Assembly (NCBI GenBank): GCA_965223845.1
Contig: CBDCXR010000004.1
Span: forward strand, 1,696,001-1,760,000
Length of the DNA: 64,000 bases
Source of the DNA: Planctomycetota bacterium
Lineage (GTDB): Bacteria; Planctomycetota; UBA8108; SXIK01
Reading direction: 5' to 3'
Of this stretch, positions 26,957-37,140 are shown in pieces (within the stretch, counting starts at the first letter, position 1; every line of letters begins with the position of its first letter). The translations under genes and the position numbers were made by a program. The notes below the pieces were generated by a model. It was given only the letters and a program-made list of their open reading frames with translations, was not told the origin of the DNA and did no database searches.

Positions 26957-29224
26957 TCACCGTCGCGGATTCATCTGCGCGTCGATGACACCGATCAACC
27001 GCTCCGCATCCACGTAACCCGGCGCGATCTCCGCCGCCCGCGTCGCCGCTTCGCGCGCGGCGGGAAGGTCACCGATGCGAAGGAGGATCGTCGCCCGCGC
27101 GTAGGGGTATTCGGGGACTTGAGGATCCTCTTTCTCCGCGCGCGCGAGAGCCGTGAGCGCGCGATCTTCGTCTCCGACCTCGTTCAGCAGGAGCCCGAGG
27201 TTGTACCAGGCGCGCGCGAACGTCGAGTCGAGCGCGCAGGCCGCCTCGAGCTCCCGACGCGCATCGTCGATGCGGCCGGCCTCGGCGAGTGCGAGGCCGT
27301 AGGACATCGCGATCCCCGCGCTCTCCGGCTCGAGCTTCCGCGCCGCCGCGAGCTGATCGACGGCGCCCGCGTGGTCCCCCGTGCCCGAGAGGAGGACCGC
27401 GTAGGCCTCGCGAATCCCCGCCGAGTTCGGGTCCCAGGCGACCGCTTTCGCGAACCACTGGCGAGCGCGCGGGACATCGCCGCGTTCGGAGTAGAAATAC
27501 CCGCGCTGCATCGCGCCCGTGGGCTGATCAGCAATCTGGTCGAGATGCGCGGCGAGCTCCTTTCCGGCCTTCGAGCTCATGTCGAGTCGCCGTCGCAACA
27601 CCCAGGCGGCTTCGAGGCGGACGAGTCGCGAAGTGTCGCCCGCGAGATGCGCGACCCTCGCCGCGCCCTCGGGAAGAAGGTCGAAGGAGCGAGTGACCGC
27701 GGCGCGAACGAGGGGTTCGGGGTCACCGAGCCACTCGACGAACCGACCTCGCACGGGTTCGAGGTGGATCCAAGGGGCGAGGAGATTCACCGCCACCGTG
27801 CGCCAGACGGGCGATTTCTCCTCGTCCACCATCGCGGCGAGCTGCGCGATGGCGTCGGGGTCGCCCCGCTGCCCGCGCGCGACCGTACGCGCGCGAGCCC
27901 GCGTGTTTCGCTCCATGCGTTTCCCGTACCACTTCTCGGTCGCTTCGATCGCCCATTCGGTGCTCCGGTCCGTGTGACAACGATTGCACGCGTTCGGGAT
28001 TCCGAGCTCCTTCGTGAGAAGTGGATCCGGGATCGTAAACCCGTGATCGCGCCTGGGATCCCGCTGCATGTACGTCGTCTCCGGCATGTGACAGTTCACG
28101 CACTGGCCGCCGGGCTTCGTGACGTCGTGGTGGCTATGGCTCGCGGGATCGATCTTCCCCTTGTGGCACGAGAGGCAGAGTGCGTTCCCCTCGAGACGAA
28201 GTCGCGCGCCGTGCGGCTCGTGGCAGTGCGTGCAGCGCACACCCTCACCGTGCATTCGGCTCGAGAGAAAGGACGTGTACACGTAGTTCTCGCCGAGCAC
28301 CTGACCGTCGGCGTAGTAGATCTCGGGTTCGTCCGGGAGCACCGGACGGAAGTGTTCGGTGAAGCGTTCACCCGCGATGTAGCCCTCGGTGAGCTCGGAC
28401 CGGCGCGCGTGGCAGGCGCCGCAGGTGTCGAGGATCGTGTCGGGCGTCCGGACGGGTTTCTCCGGCCAGGGCTCGCTCTTTCGCTCGGAACGATACCAGG
28501 CGACGTGTTCGGCGTACGGACCGTGACAGGCCTCGCAGCCGACGCCCATCTCCTTCCACGTGGTCGTGTAGGCGTCCGCTCGGGCGTCGTATCCCTTCCG
28601 CAAATGCGTCATGTGACACGAGGCGCACATCGAGTTCCACGTCATGCCGCGTCCCGTCCAGTGTCCCCACTCTCCGGCCCGGCGGTCTTCCTCGCCGAAA
28701 ACGTCGAACCACTCGTTCTCCTTCGGGTCGAACGAGAGTGAAGCGACCTGCAGGCGGCCGCGCTCTCCGGGGACGAGGAATTGAATGAGCGGGGTCGTAC
28801 CGATGATCCGCTCGGGGACGTGAGGCGAGCTCCCGCCGTCGCGACCCTGGGTGACGATCTCGAGTCGGCCGTCGCGCTCTCGGAGCGAAGACCTGATGCC
28901 GCCGAAGCTCACGTCGCGCGCCGGCTCGAAGGCCTTCCGGTCGCGTTCGAAGTCGAGAGTTCGCTCCGCGAGGGCGTGATGGGACGACGCCCAGAGCTCG
29001 TACTGGCCCGCGTGGCATTCCCGGCAGCTGGCCGAACCGGCGTAGCTGCGCTCGACCGGTACGGTGGGCCGCGTCGGATTCGGTCGCTTTCCGCCCTGCG
29101 GATCCCGTGACGGCTCGTCCGAGCTCGCGAGAAAGATCCCCGTCGCGGCGGCGAGCGCCACACTGCCGCTCACAAGTATCCAAAGCTGGAGGCGTCTCGC
29201 GCTCACCCGAGAACTCCGCGCCAA
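26957..29224 (-). CDS. Octaheme c-type cytochrome fused to HEAT and TPR repeats
   Basis: Eight CxxCH motifs (CRECH, CASCH, CEACH, CGACH, CTHCH, CLSCH, CVNCH, CNRCH); N-terminal TM; C-terminal TPRs (AWYNLGLL). Confidence 0.9.
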   Translation of the reverse strand: MARSSRVSARRLQLWILVSGSVALAAATGIFLASSDEPSRDPQGGKRPNPTRPTVPVERSYAGSASCRECHAGQYELWASSHHALAERTLDFERDRKAFEPARDVSFGGIRSSLRERDGRLEIVTQGRDGGSSPHVPERIIGTTPLIQFLVPGERGRLQVASLSFDPKENEWFDVFGEEDRRAGEWGHWTGRGMTWNSMCASCHMTHLRKGYDARADAYTTTWKEMGVGCEACHGPYAEHVAWYRSERKSEPWPEKPVRTPDTILDTCGACHARRSELTEGYIAGERFTEHFRPVLPDEPEIYYADGQVLGENYVYTSFLSSRMHGEGVRCTHCHEPHGARLRLEGNALCLSCHKGKIDPASHSHHDVTKPGGQCVNCHMPETTYMQRDPRRDHGFTIPDPLLTKELGIPNACNRCHTDRSTEWAIEATEKWYGKRMERNTRARARTVARGQRGDPDAIAQLAAMVDEEKSPVWRTVAVNLLAPWIHLEPVRGRFVEWLGDPEPLVRAAVTRSFDLLPEGAARVAHLAGDTSRLVRLEAAWVLRRRLDMSSKAGKELAAHLDQIADQPTGAMQRGYFYSERGDVPRARQWFAKAVAWDPNSAGIREAYAVLLSGTGDHAGAVDQLAAARKLEPESAGIAMSYGLALAEAGRIDDARRELEAACALDSTFARAWYNLGLLLNEVGDEDRALTALARAEKEDPQVPEYPYARATILLRIGDLPAAREAATRAAEIAPGYVDAERLIGVIDAQMNPRR

Positions 29225-29228
29225 AGAG

Positions 29229-29708
29229 CTAAGCGTCGGGCTTGAAGGCGAGCACGAGATACGCGCCGGTCGCCGCGAGCACCAGCCCAGCGTAGAACCC
29301 GGGGTGAATCGCCGACAGCCCGCCTTCCGGCGGATGCGAAAAGGACGAGATCATCGCGTTGACGACCGGAGCCCCGGCGAAGACGAGCGGCATGACGACG
29401 AGAGGAGTCCCGCCGCTTTTGAACGCCCAAATGATACACACCGCTCCGAGTGCGCCCAAGACGCCGGAGGCCGTCGAGAAGAGCGCGCCCCTCGCCGTGA
29501 ATCCCGCGAGCTCGCCCTTCGCCGCGAGAAACCCGGCGGGAACGAGCACACCGACGAGGAAATACGCCCCGCCCACGCAGAGGAGGGCGCGAAGCGATTT
29601 GTGCAGACGCTCGGCGTCGTCGAACGCCAATTGTCCCTTGTGGAGAGCTGGACCGTAGGCTCCCCAAGAGAGAGCCGCGCCGACGACGAAGAACAGCCAA
29701 GTGTGCAT
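29229..29708 (-). CDS. Small integral membrane protein (DMT/EamA-like half)
   Basis: About 5 TM helices; WGAYGPALHKG and GGTPLVVMPLVFAGAPVVN motifs; ATG at 29708. Confidence 0.7.
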   Translation of the reverse strand: MHTWLFFVVGAALSWGAYGPALHKGQLAFDDAERLHKSLRALLCVGGAYFLVGVLVPAGFLAAKGELAGFTARGALFSTASGVLGALGAVCIIWAFKSGGTPLVVMPLVFAGAPVVNAMISSFSHPPEGGLSAIHPGFYAGLVLAATGAYLVLAFKPDA

Positions 29709-29865
29709 TCGGGGGGTCCTTTCGCGGAGTTCGAACAAGTCTGCGAGGATATTCTCCTCCGTTCGGCGCGAATTGAAAGGCCGAGGCGGAATCGATCGGG
29801 AAGGGACGGGGAACGACACAACGGTACCCGTACGGGCCGAAGGCGAACGCCCTCGCCCGCTCCAC

Positions 29866-29906
29866 AAAAAAAGAGGCGACCCCCTGTCACCAGGGAGCCG
29901 CCTCTT
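29866..29906 (-). terminator. Rho-independent terminator after the lectin-dockerin gene
   Basis: AAGAGGCGACCCCCTG-TCAC-CAGGGAGCCGCCTCTT imperfect hairpin followed by a T-tract on the minus strand. Confidence 0.75.
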
Positions 29907-29953
29907 CCGGCGATCCGGCCCGCGCGAGGCGGTCCGGGATCACTCGTCCGCGA

Positions 29954-32900
29954 TCAGCACTTGTCGTACAGCACGCAGCCGAGAGAGCCTTCCGGATTCG
30001 GATCGGTACAGTCGATCCCGTCCGGCCCGGCGCCGTCGATCGGGGGCGGTCCATCCCCGAACAGCCGGTTCAGAGCGAAGATCGCGTCCGCGATGTTGTA
30101 GGAGTTGTCGGCGTTGACGTCGGCCGTCTCCAGACAGGACGGATCTCCACCGTCGCCGAACTTGTTGTTCAGCATGAAGATCGCATCTGCGATGTTGAAG
30201 CTGCCGTCGTTGTTGGCGTCGCCGTACTTGATCTGACCCATCGGCGGGGCGTCGCTCTTCGCGTGGAGAGTGACCATCACGTCGTCGACGTCGGCGTTGT
30301 GGAACGCGCCACCGGTTCCACCGGTGAAGCCGACGAACGCGCGGCGAAGCACGGGCTCCTGATCCTCGGCGACCGGCTGGCCCCCGACCGTGTCGAACGT
30401 CACCACCGTGTCGAGGACCTTCGTACGCTCAAACTCCGGCTCCTGACCTTGGCTGGTCTCGGGGGCCGAAATGTACGCCTCGACGTGGCCGTTGTTGTAC
30501 TCGATCTCGACGTGGATCGGGATTCCGACTCCGCCGAAGTCCATGAACTCCGGCCAGCCGTCACCGCCGAGGAACGTCGGGAAACGGTTCGGATCGAGGT
30601 CGATGTGCGTCTGGACGTGCGGAGTCACGATACCGTTTTGAATGACGCCCATGTGGAGGTAGTCGTTGGTGTTGTAGCCGCTCGGCTCCTGGGCGTTGTT
30701 CTGCCAGGAGTCGAACTCGACCGCAAAACCGTTGAGTCCGGAGTAGCCCGTTCCACCGCCGGCGCCGCCGACCACTCCGTCGGGGTTCTGCGTGAGCGGA
30801 TCGTCGGCATCGAGAACGACGAACGTGAGCCCGTCGGCCGGATCGCCACCCGGGTGGCTGAAGAAGACATCGAACTCCGCGGAGAACGAGTTCTCCGTGA
30901 GGTCGATCGGCTCGGTGTAAATGACCGCCGCGCCGATGTTTCCTTCGTTGTTCGTGATCCGGAGACGACCCTCGGCACCCGGCTCCTGCGTCACGCCCGG
31001 CATGAACGGATCGAAGCCGCCGTTGCCGCCGTTACAGACCCAGCCGTCGGGGCACTCTTCCTCATCGGTGTGCTCGTCGAAGTCGTCATCGATGAAGGCG
31101 GTGGTGTCGCCGCGTCCGAACGGAGCCGGAGCGTAAACCACCGTGTTCTCACCCTTGATACCGAACGAGAACGGAGTTCCGGGGTCCGTCATGGAACCGC
31201 CGAAACGGCCTTCCACAAGGGCTCCGGCGGTCTCGAGGTCGTACGTGAGGGCGTCGGGAACTTCGCCGGCCGCGAACGTCCAGGAGATCGTGTTGTCGAC
31301 GACCGCCCCGTCGTGCGACGGGTTCGTCGCGGACCACTCGACCGGGAAGGTCTCGACGATCGTCACCTCCGCGAGGGCCTCGCAGCCATCGCCGGCCCCG
31401 CGCGGATTCGTGAGCGCGATCGCGACGCCGAGCGTCTCGCCTTCCACGCTCCAAGAATCTCTCTCGCGAGCACCGATGATCACCGAGCCACTGGCATCGA
31501 TCGACCGATTGGCCGAGAGCGGCGCCGTGCGGCAGCCGGCGGTCGGGAACTTGGAGACACTGATGCCCTCGGTGATCGGGTTGCCGAGGTCGTCCTGGAA
31601 GCGGAATGCCCAGTTCCAGTCGCCGCCACCCTCGAAGACCTTGATGATGAGGCGGTTTTCACCTTCGAGGAGAGTGACCGGTTCGATCGAGACGTCCTGC
31701 GGGTTGCAGGCCGACGCACCACCGCGCGCGACGTTGTTGATCCAGACTTCCTCTTCGTTGAGGATCACCTGGACGGCGTCGTCACTCGAGACACCGAGGA
31801 AGGCCTCGGTCTCCTCTTCGGCGAAGACGTAGATCTGACCGTACGCCATGACGTTGTCGGGCGTCGGCGGGAACACGTCGTTGTTCAGGTTGATGAAGCT
31901 GTCGCTGCCGTTGTAGGCGAAGACCGTCACGGTGTCTTCGTCGGCTTTCGGGTTCCGGTTGAGACCGTCGAGGAAGATTCCGTCCGCGGCGGAGTCGCCG
32001 AAGAAGTCCGGCGAGATTTCCTTGCCGGGCTCGAACACGAACGAAAGCTCGTCGAACTCGCCGTCGGTGAGGTAGTCGCCGCGCATCAGCTCTTCGCCGG
32101 GCGCCGCACCGCCGATCTGGGTGAACGCACCGAGGATGTTCCAGCAGCGGATTCCGCCGCAGTCATCGAAGGGCACGTCCTTGGTGATCGTGCTCATGCC
32201 GCCGATTACCACGTTCGCGGAGCCCGCGACGTTCTCGACTACGGACCCGATGCCCCAAGGAACCGTCGCGCCGGCGACGTCCTCGGCGACCACGTTGTAG
32301 CTAAGGGTCTTCCCCGCCGTGACGTCGCCCGCATCGAGCATCCACGTGACGACGCCGGCCGCGAAGGAGCCGCCGTCCGAAATGCTACCCGGAACCGGCT
32401 CCCATCCGACTGGCGGAGCATCGGTGACGGTCACCGCACCCGCCGCGGAGCAGCAGTCGTTCCCCTCGCGCACGCTCGTGAGCTCGAGCGAGACGTTCAG
32501 CGTGTCGCCGGGGAGGAACTCGCCACAATTCTCCTCCGCGGTTCGGTCGCCCGCGATTGTGCGGTTCGCACCGGCGGCCGGCTGGAGGCAGAAATCATCC
32601 GGGAGCGGAATGAGCGTCGCCGAGTGGAGGATGTGGTTCTGCTGAGCACCACCGGTCGACGCCGTGACTCCGAGGTAACCCTCGAACGGCTCGAAGTTCT
32701 CGACGACGTGGGTGAACAGTCGTCCGAGGTCGACGCCGCCGTTGAAATCGAGCGCTTCGAGGTCGGTCGCAACCGTCAGGGTCCCGCCGCAGTTCTGGGC
32801 GAAGACGGTCATTTTGTAACGGTTCGGATCGGCGGGCGGGGGCTGCTCGGTGTGGAGGTCCGCAACGTCCTCCGGGATCTCCACCTTCACATCCGGCTGG

Positions 32901-33532
32901 ATCGCATCGCTACAGGGGAATCCCGTCGGTGAATACGAGAACGCGACGTGATTTCGGTTCCCGTCGTCCCCCGTGTTGCAGTTCCAGTCGTCGAACTCCC
33001 AAGCCATCTGGGGCTCGGTGTCGGTCACGCCGACGCACGGCGCGCCCATTCCTCCACCGCCCGTACCGGTGCGGTTCGGAGCCTCGGAACCGCCGACGAC
33101 CGTAACGACCATTCCGTCCGCGGGGCCGGCGCCACCGATGGAGCCGTCGCGCAGTTCGAGGATGACCTCGAGGCGGAAGTTGTCGTACTCGTCCGGCTCG
33201 GCGCGGAACACGTTGCCCGCCTGGCTTCCCAGGGCGGGAGTGATGAGCATGTATCCGCCGAAATCTTCGGTGCTCGACCCGAGATCGTCGACGATGTCCT
33301 CGGTGTAGAGGGAGCACTCGTTTCCGAGTTCGACGGCCGCGTTCGGATCGAGGCATTCATCGACGTCGCCGGGAGGCGGTACCCACAGGGCGACTCCGTT
33401 GAAGACCCAATCTCCGGACTCACTCGGATCGTCGAAGAAGTTGTCGTCGAATCCCACTTCCTGCGCCGGCAACCATGCGCTGAGCGCAAGAGCCGCGCAG
33501 AACGAAAGCCCTAGTGTCCGTCGGCGACGCAT
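29954..33532 (-). CDS. Large secreted acidic protein: two L-type (legume) lectin-like domains, PA14-like domain, Ig-like domains, C-terminal dockerin-like domain
   Basis: GGGAGG RBS and signal peptide; PADGMVVTV...WEFDDW...GVTASTGG and PADGLTFVV...AVEFDSW...VGFTGGTGG; SSDDAVQVILN...FEGGGDW; GDANNDGSFNIADAI...DVNADNSYNIADAI. Confidence 0.8.
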   Translation of the reverse strand: MRRRRTLGLSFCAALALSAWLPAQEVGFDDNFFDDPSESGDWVFNGVALWVPPPGDVDECLDPNAAVELGNECSLYTEDIVDDLGSSTEDFGGYMLITPALGSQAGNVFRAEPDEYDNFRLEVILELRDGSIGGAGPADGMVVTVVGGSEAPNRTGTGGGGMGAPCVGVTDTEPQMAWEFDDWNCNTGDDGNRNHVAFSYSPTGFPCSDAIQPDVKVEIPEDVADLHTEQPPPADPNRYKMTVFAQNCGGTLTVATDLEALDFNGGVDLGRLFTHVVENFEPFEGYLGVTASTGGAQQNHILHSATLIPLPDDFCLQPAAGANRTIAGDRTAEENCGEFLPGDTLNVSLELTSVREGNDCCSAAGAVTVTDAPPVGWEPVPGSISDGGSFAAGVVTWMLDAGDVTAGKTLSYNVVAEDVAGATVPWGIGSVVENVAGSANVVIGGMSTITKDVPFDDCGGIRCWNILGAFTQIGGAAPGEELMRGDYLTDGEFDELSFVFEPGKEISPDFFGDSAADGIFLDGLNRNPKADEDTVTVFAYNGSDSFINLNNDVFPPTPDNVMAYGQIYVFAEEETEAFLGVSSDDAVQVILNEEEVWINNVARGGASACNPQDVSIEPVTLLEGENRLIIKVFEGGGDWNWAFRFQDDLGNPITEGISVSKFPTAGCRTAPLSANRSIDASGSVIIGARERDSWSVEGETLGVAIALTNPRGAGDGCEALAEVTIVETFPVEWSATNPSHDGAVVDNTISWTFAAGEVPDALTYDLETAGALVEGRFGGSMTDPGTPFSFGIKGENTVVYAPAPFGRGDTTAFIDDDFDEHTDEEECPDGWVCNGGNGGFDPFMPGVTQEPGAEGRLRITNNEGNIGAAVIYTEPIDLTENSFSAEFDVFFSHPGGDPADGLTFVVLDADDPLTQNPDGVVGGAGGGTGYSGLNGFAVEFDSWQNNAQEPSGYNTNDYLHMGVIQNGIVTPHVQTHIDLDPNRFPTFLGGDGWPEFMDFGGVGIPIHVEIEYNNGHVEAYISAPETSQGQEPEFERTKVLDTVVTFDTVGGQPVAEDQEPVLRRAFVGFTGGTGGAFHNADVDDVMVTLHAKSDAPPMGQIKYGDANNDGSFNIADAIFMLNNKFGDGGDPSCLETADVNADNSYNIADAIFALNRLFGDGPPPIDGAGPDGIDCTDPNPEGSLGCVLYDKC

Positions 33533-33632
33533 ACGGAAACCCTCCCTTCGAACGAGGAAAAGGAAAAGAATTGACCCAATCCATACCACTGCTGGGAATC
33601 CCCTCACGGAATTCACAGCATATTACCAGTGC

Positions 33633-33660
33633 ATCTTAGCGGCGAGAGTGGGGGAGTCAA
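33633..33660 (-). promoter_or_regulatory. Putative sigma70 promoter of the lectin-dockerin gene
   Basis: Minus strand TTGACT-16 nt-TAAGAT, about 100 nt upstream of the ATG. Confidence 0.55.
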
Positions 33661-33722
33661 CTACTGCGCCGGCCCGTTCATTTCCCGAACGCGGAGCGTC
33701 GCCGAGCGTCCCGGGGGGCGCT

Positions 33723-35942
33723 TCACTCCGACGGCGGTTCGCTTCTGGAGTCGAGGTCGCGGAGCGCCCGCACGATCTCGTCCGCGCCGGGATGCCGCGT
33801 CATCCCCTCGCGCAGGATACGTCGAGCGGCGTCGAGGTCACCGCGCCGGCCGGCCTCACTCGCGGCGAGAAGAAAGCAGTACGGCGCCTCGCCGCTCGCG
33901 AGCAGCACGTCGGCGAGGCGACGGGCCTCGTCCGCCCGAGTCTCGAGTTCGAGGTAGAGGGCGAGCAACGCTCCCGCCGCCGCTACGTCGTCGGGCGCGC
34001 GCTCGTGCCATTTCCGCGTGAGTGCGAGTCGGTAGAACCGGTCTTCCGGTCGCGTCAGCCGTGGGAGCACGAGGCGAATCGCGTCCACACCGGATGAGTC
34101 GAGCTGCGCGGCGAGAAGCGCGCGATCGGAAGCTGCCGGGTCGCCGATGCGCCCGAGAAAGCGCGCCAGCGCGAGATACGCCGGGGCACGAGTGGCGAAC
34201 GCGCCCTCGTCCACCCCGAGTTCGAGCGCCTGGCGCATCTCGTCCTGGGCGACCGCCCGATCGAGCTCCGCTCGCAGCGCCGCCGACGACTCGCCCGAGC
34301 CGGGGTCGGAATCCAGAATCTCTATGCGAGCCTCGAGTGCCCGCGAGTAGATCCGCTCCCGGGCCTGAATCTGGCGAAGCTGGGCCGACGCCTCGGAATT
34401 GAAACCCTGCTCGCGCAGCGCGACGGCATTCCAGTAGTAGAGATCCGCGAAGTCGGTCGCGCCGCGCGCCGCGGCGAGCCCGAACTCCGTCCGAGCGCGG
34501 GTCGGGTCTCCCCGCGCGAGCGCGATGCGGCCGGACCAGTACGAAACCTCCCAGCGCTCCGGTTCCGACTCCCGCGCGGCAGCGAGCGCCGCCTCGGCTT
34601 CGTCGGGAGCGTTCTCGAGGGCCGCGCGCGTCCAGACGAGAGCCGCCGCCAGACGTGGCGCCTGGGCCTTGACGTACCCGCCGAGCTCACCCTCGGCGTT
34701 CGCCGCCTCGAGCGCGGCGCGTGCGTTCGCGCGCGACGCGTCCCAGCGCTCGAGGTCGAGCTCGATCCGTGCGCGCAGCCAGAGAAGACCGGACGTCGGA
34801 AACGTCGGTCGCGAGAGCGTGCCCTCGACGATCTCTCCGGCCTCGCGCGACCGCCCGATCGAAAGGAGAAACTCAGCGAAGTGAAACGGAACCCGCGCGT
34901 CGATCGGCCTAGCTCCTCCCGCAGAAATCCCGTCGCCGGACGATGGCGCCTCGAGAGCTTGTAAGGCGAATCCGAACGTTCGGTGCGCCTCCACGAATCT
35001 CTTCGCCTTGACCAAATTCATCGCCCGCTGGCTGAGGCCGGCGGCCGCGGCGCCGATCTTCGCCAATTCCACGGCGACGTGATCCTCGAACGCAGCTTGC
35101 TCGAGGGCGCTGTAGACTCGTTCGGCGAGCTGGCCGAGCCGCCGCTTCCGCAACCGGTAGTAAGTGCCCGATAGCTCGGCGTACGCGCGCGATTCGAACG
35201 GGGATCGTTCGATCGCCTCGATCAAGCGGTCGACCGCGGGTTGAAGTTCGCCGGCCGCGCGGAGTGCGCGCCCGTGCGCAAGGAGCGCGGCGCCGGTCGG
35301 CGGAGACGCACCTTCCCGCGCGAAATAGCCGCGAGTCCAGCGGAGCGCTTCTTCGTTCCGACCGAGCTCGAGAAGAACGCGCGCGAACTCGATCGCCGCG
35401 TCATCGTGCTCGGGCTCGGCACGGAGGAGTTTCTCGAGGGTCTCGGCCGCTTCGGAGTGGCGCTCGAGCTCGAGGAGAGCACGACCGCGGACGAAGAGCG
35501 ACGGGACGTGATCCCCCCTCAGCGACAAGGCCTGGTCGGCCTCCTCGAGCGCCGCGCGCGGGAGGCGCGCCGAAGCGTAGTATTCTCCTGCGCGGGAGTG
35601 CGCCTCGACGCGCCGTTCGTCGGGGAGCGTCGGCGCGATCGTGCGCAGCGCTCGCGCGGCACGCACGAGCTGACCCGCGGCGGCCCACTCGGCGGCCTGA
35701 GCGGTCGTCGGATTCGTCGGCCCATGCGAACGACTCTCGTTCGGCGACGACTCCGGAGTGCACCCGAAACCGAGGAACGCGGTCGCCCCGAACAGTCCGG
35801 CGAGGACCACTCGAATCGCGCCTCGCCGAAGCTTTGCGGGCGACCCGAACCGGATAGGAACGCGAACGGCAGCCCTCGACGCGACGGTGCTCGAAGGCGT
35901 TTCGCGCGTACCCCGCCGAGCCGGAGGAAACCTTGCCGTCAT
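33723..35942 (-). CDS. Tetratricopeptide-repeat protein, putative lipoprotein
   Basis: Lipobox-like GFGC; many TPR helices (SLFVRGRALLELERHSEA, AYAELSGTYYRL, SYWSGRIALARGD). Confidence 0.75.
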   Translation of the reverse strand: MTARFPPARRGTRETPSSTVASRAAVRVPIRFGSPAKLRRGAIRVVLAGLFGATAFLGFGCTPESSPNESRSHGPTNPTTAQAAEWAAAGQLVRAARALRTIAPTLPDERRVEAHSRAGEYYASARLPRAALEEADQALSLRGDHVPSLFVRGRALLELERHSEAAETLEKLLRAEPEHDDAAIEFARVLLELGRNEEALRWTRGYFAREGASPPTGAALLAHGRALRAAGELQPAVDRLIEAIERSPFESRAYAELSGTYYRLRKRRLGQLAERVYSALEQAAFEDHVAVELAKIGAAAAGLSQRAMNLVKAKRFVEAHRTFGFALQALEAPSSGDGISAGGARPIDARVPFHFAEFLLSIGRSREAGEIVEGTLSRPTFPTSGLLWLRARIELDLERWDASRANARAALEAANAEGELGGYVKAQAPRLAAALVWTRAALENAPDEAEAALAAARESEPERWEVSYWSGRIALARGDPTRARTEFGLAAARGATDFADLYYWNAVALREQGFNSEASAQLRQIQARERIYSRALEARIEILDSDPGSGESSAALRAELDRAVAQDEMRQALELGVDEGAFATRAPAYLALARFLGRIGDPAASDRALLAAQLDSSGVDAIRLVLPRLTRPEDRFYRLALTRKWHERAPDDVAAAGALLALYLELETRADEARRLADVLLASGEAPYCFLLAASEAGRRGDLDAARRILREGMTRHPGADEIVRALRDLDSRSEPPSE

Positions 35943-35964
35943 CTGTCTCTGCGGTCGATCCTGG

Positions 35965-37140
35965 TCACTCGAGTACGATGCGGCGCACTTCCTCGAAGCG
36001 AATGTCCTCGATCTGGCTCCTCACGTGCTCGAGAAGCTCGACGTTGGTTCGCCGGAGTACCGATAGCAAGCGGTGCTTGTTCCCGATGTCGAGCGTCGAG
36101 TTCAGAAACCGGAAAATGTAGGGCGCCGAGTCGATCCCGCGCGGCGTTGCGAAGTGGATGTACATCGCGACGGAGAAAGCGAGAGGAACGAATCCGCTCA
36201 GGTGGCGCACCATCGCTTCCTCGGCCTCGGGGCTCGTCATTCGCTGAAGCGCGCCGAGCGCGAGGGCAAGATTCTGATCGGGACGCGGGCGCTGCGACTG
36301 CGTGTCGATATAGCGGACGAGGACGCGGACTGCCGGCGGGTCGTCCCGCGATTCGAGGTGACGAATGTAGAGCGATTTTTCCTGCAGAGTCGCGGCCTCG
36401 GCTAGCTTTCCCGCAACCGTTTCGATCGGCGGGTAGTAGCCGATGGCGCGAGCTGCGTTGAGGAGAAGATCGAGGCTTCCTTCACCGGCCTCGATTTCGG
36501 CGAGAATCTGTCGCGCGAACTCGCCCTCTAGCTCGGCGTATTTTCCCCGGTGGAACTCGAGGAACACCGGGATGTACGAGAACAGTCGGCGGCGAATGAA
36601 CGATTTAGGCGAGTCGCGCGTGGCGACGAGAGTGTAGTGCGCGAACCGCGCCACCTCCGCTTCGTACTCGCGAGCGAAGTGCACCAATCCGAACAGGATC
36701 TGGTAGTTCGCGGTGAATGCTCGAGCAGCGCGAGTGTCCTTGTCGAGGTGCTCGAGAAACGAATACAGTTCTGGAAACGCCTCGGAGCCCCGCGCGAGAT
36801 AGCTGCCGATCTGAGCATGGAGTCCGCGGCCATCCCGTGCCGCGATACCCGCCATGAATCGATCGAGATCACCCGCGGGCAGCTCGACCGGCGATCGCTT
36901 CGCCGCTGCCTCTCCCGCCGCCCTCGTCGACACGTGGGTCCGCGTTCCCGCGTCGGTCGCCGCCTCCCCGCCCGCGCGAGCGAGCTGCTCCTCGAGAAGA
37001 GCGACGCGCGCGCGAAGTGCGAGAACGCGACGTTCGACCGAAGCCTCCTCCGCGCTTGCGGCAGTCGTCACGCAAAACCCGATGCAGAGTGCGCAGATCG
37101 TTGCACCGAGGAACGGTCGTCGAGTCGTGCTAACCGGCAT
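35965..37140 (-). CDS. Exported hypothetical alpha-helical protein (paralogue A)
   Basis: Signal peptide (TRRPFL...AASA), short coiled coil, HEAT-like body; similar to the adjacent ORF. Confidence 0.7.
   Translation of the reverse strand: MPVSTTRRPFLGATICALCIGFCVTTAASAEEASVERRVLALRARVALLEEQLARAGGEAATDAGTRTHVSTRAAGEAAAKRSPVELPAGDLDRFMAGIAARDGRGLHAQIGSYLARGSEAFPELYSFLEHLDKDTRAARAFTANYQILFGLVHFAREYEAEVARFAHYTLVATRDSPKSFIRRRLFSYIPVFLEFHRGKYAELEGEFARQILAEIEAGEGSLDLLLNAARAIGYYPPIETVAGKLAEAATLQEKSLYIRHLESRDDPPAVRVLVRYIDTQSQRPRPDQNLALALGALQRMTSPEAEEAMVRHLSGFVPLAFSVAMYIHFATPRGIDSAPYIFRFLNSTLDIGNKHRLLSVLRRTNVELLEHVRSQIEDIRFEEVRRIVLE

Noticed and set aside
30263-32932. 889-aa plus-strand ORF
   Set aside because: Antisense shadow of the lectin-dockerin gene; long stop-free antisense frames are expected at high GC, and no domain is recognisable.
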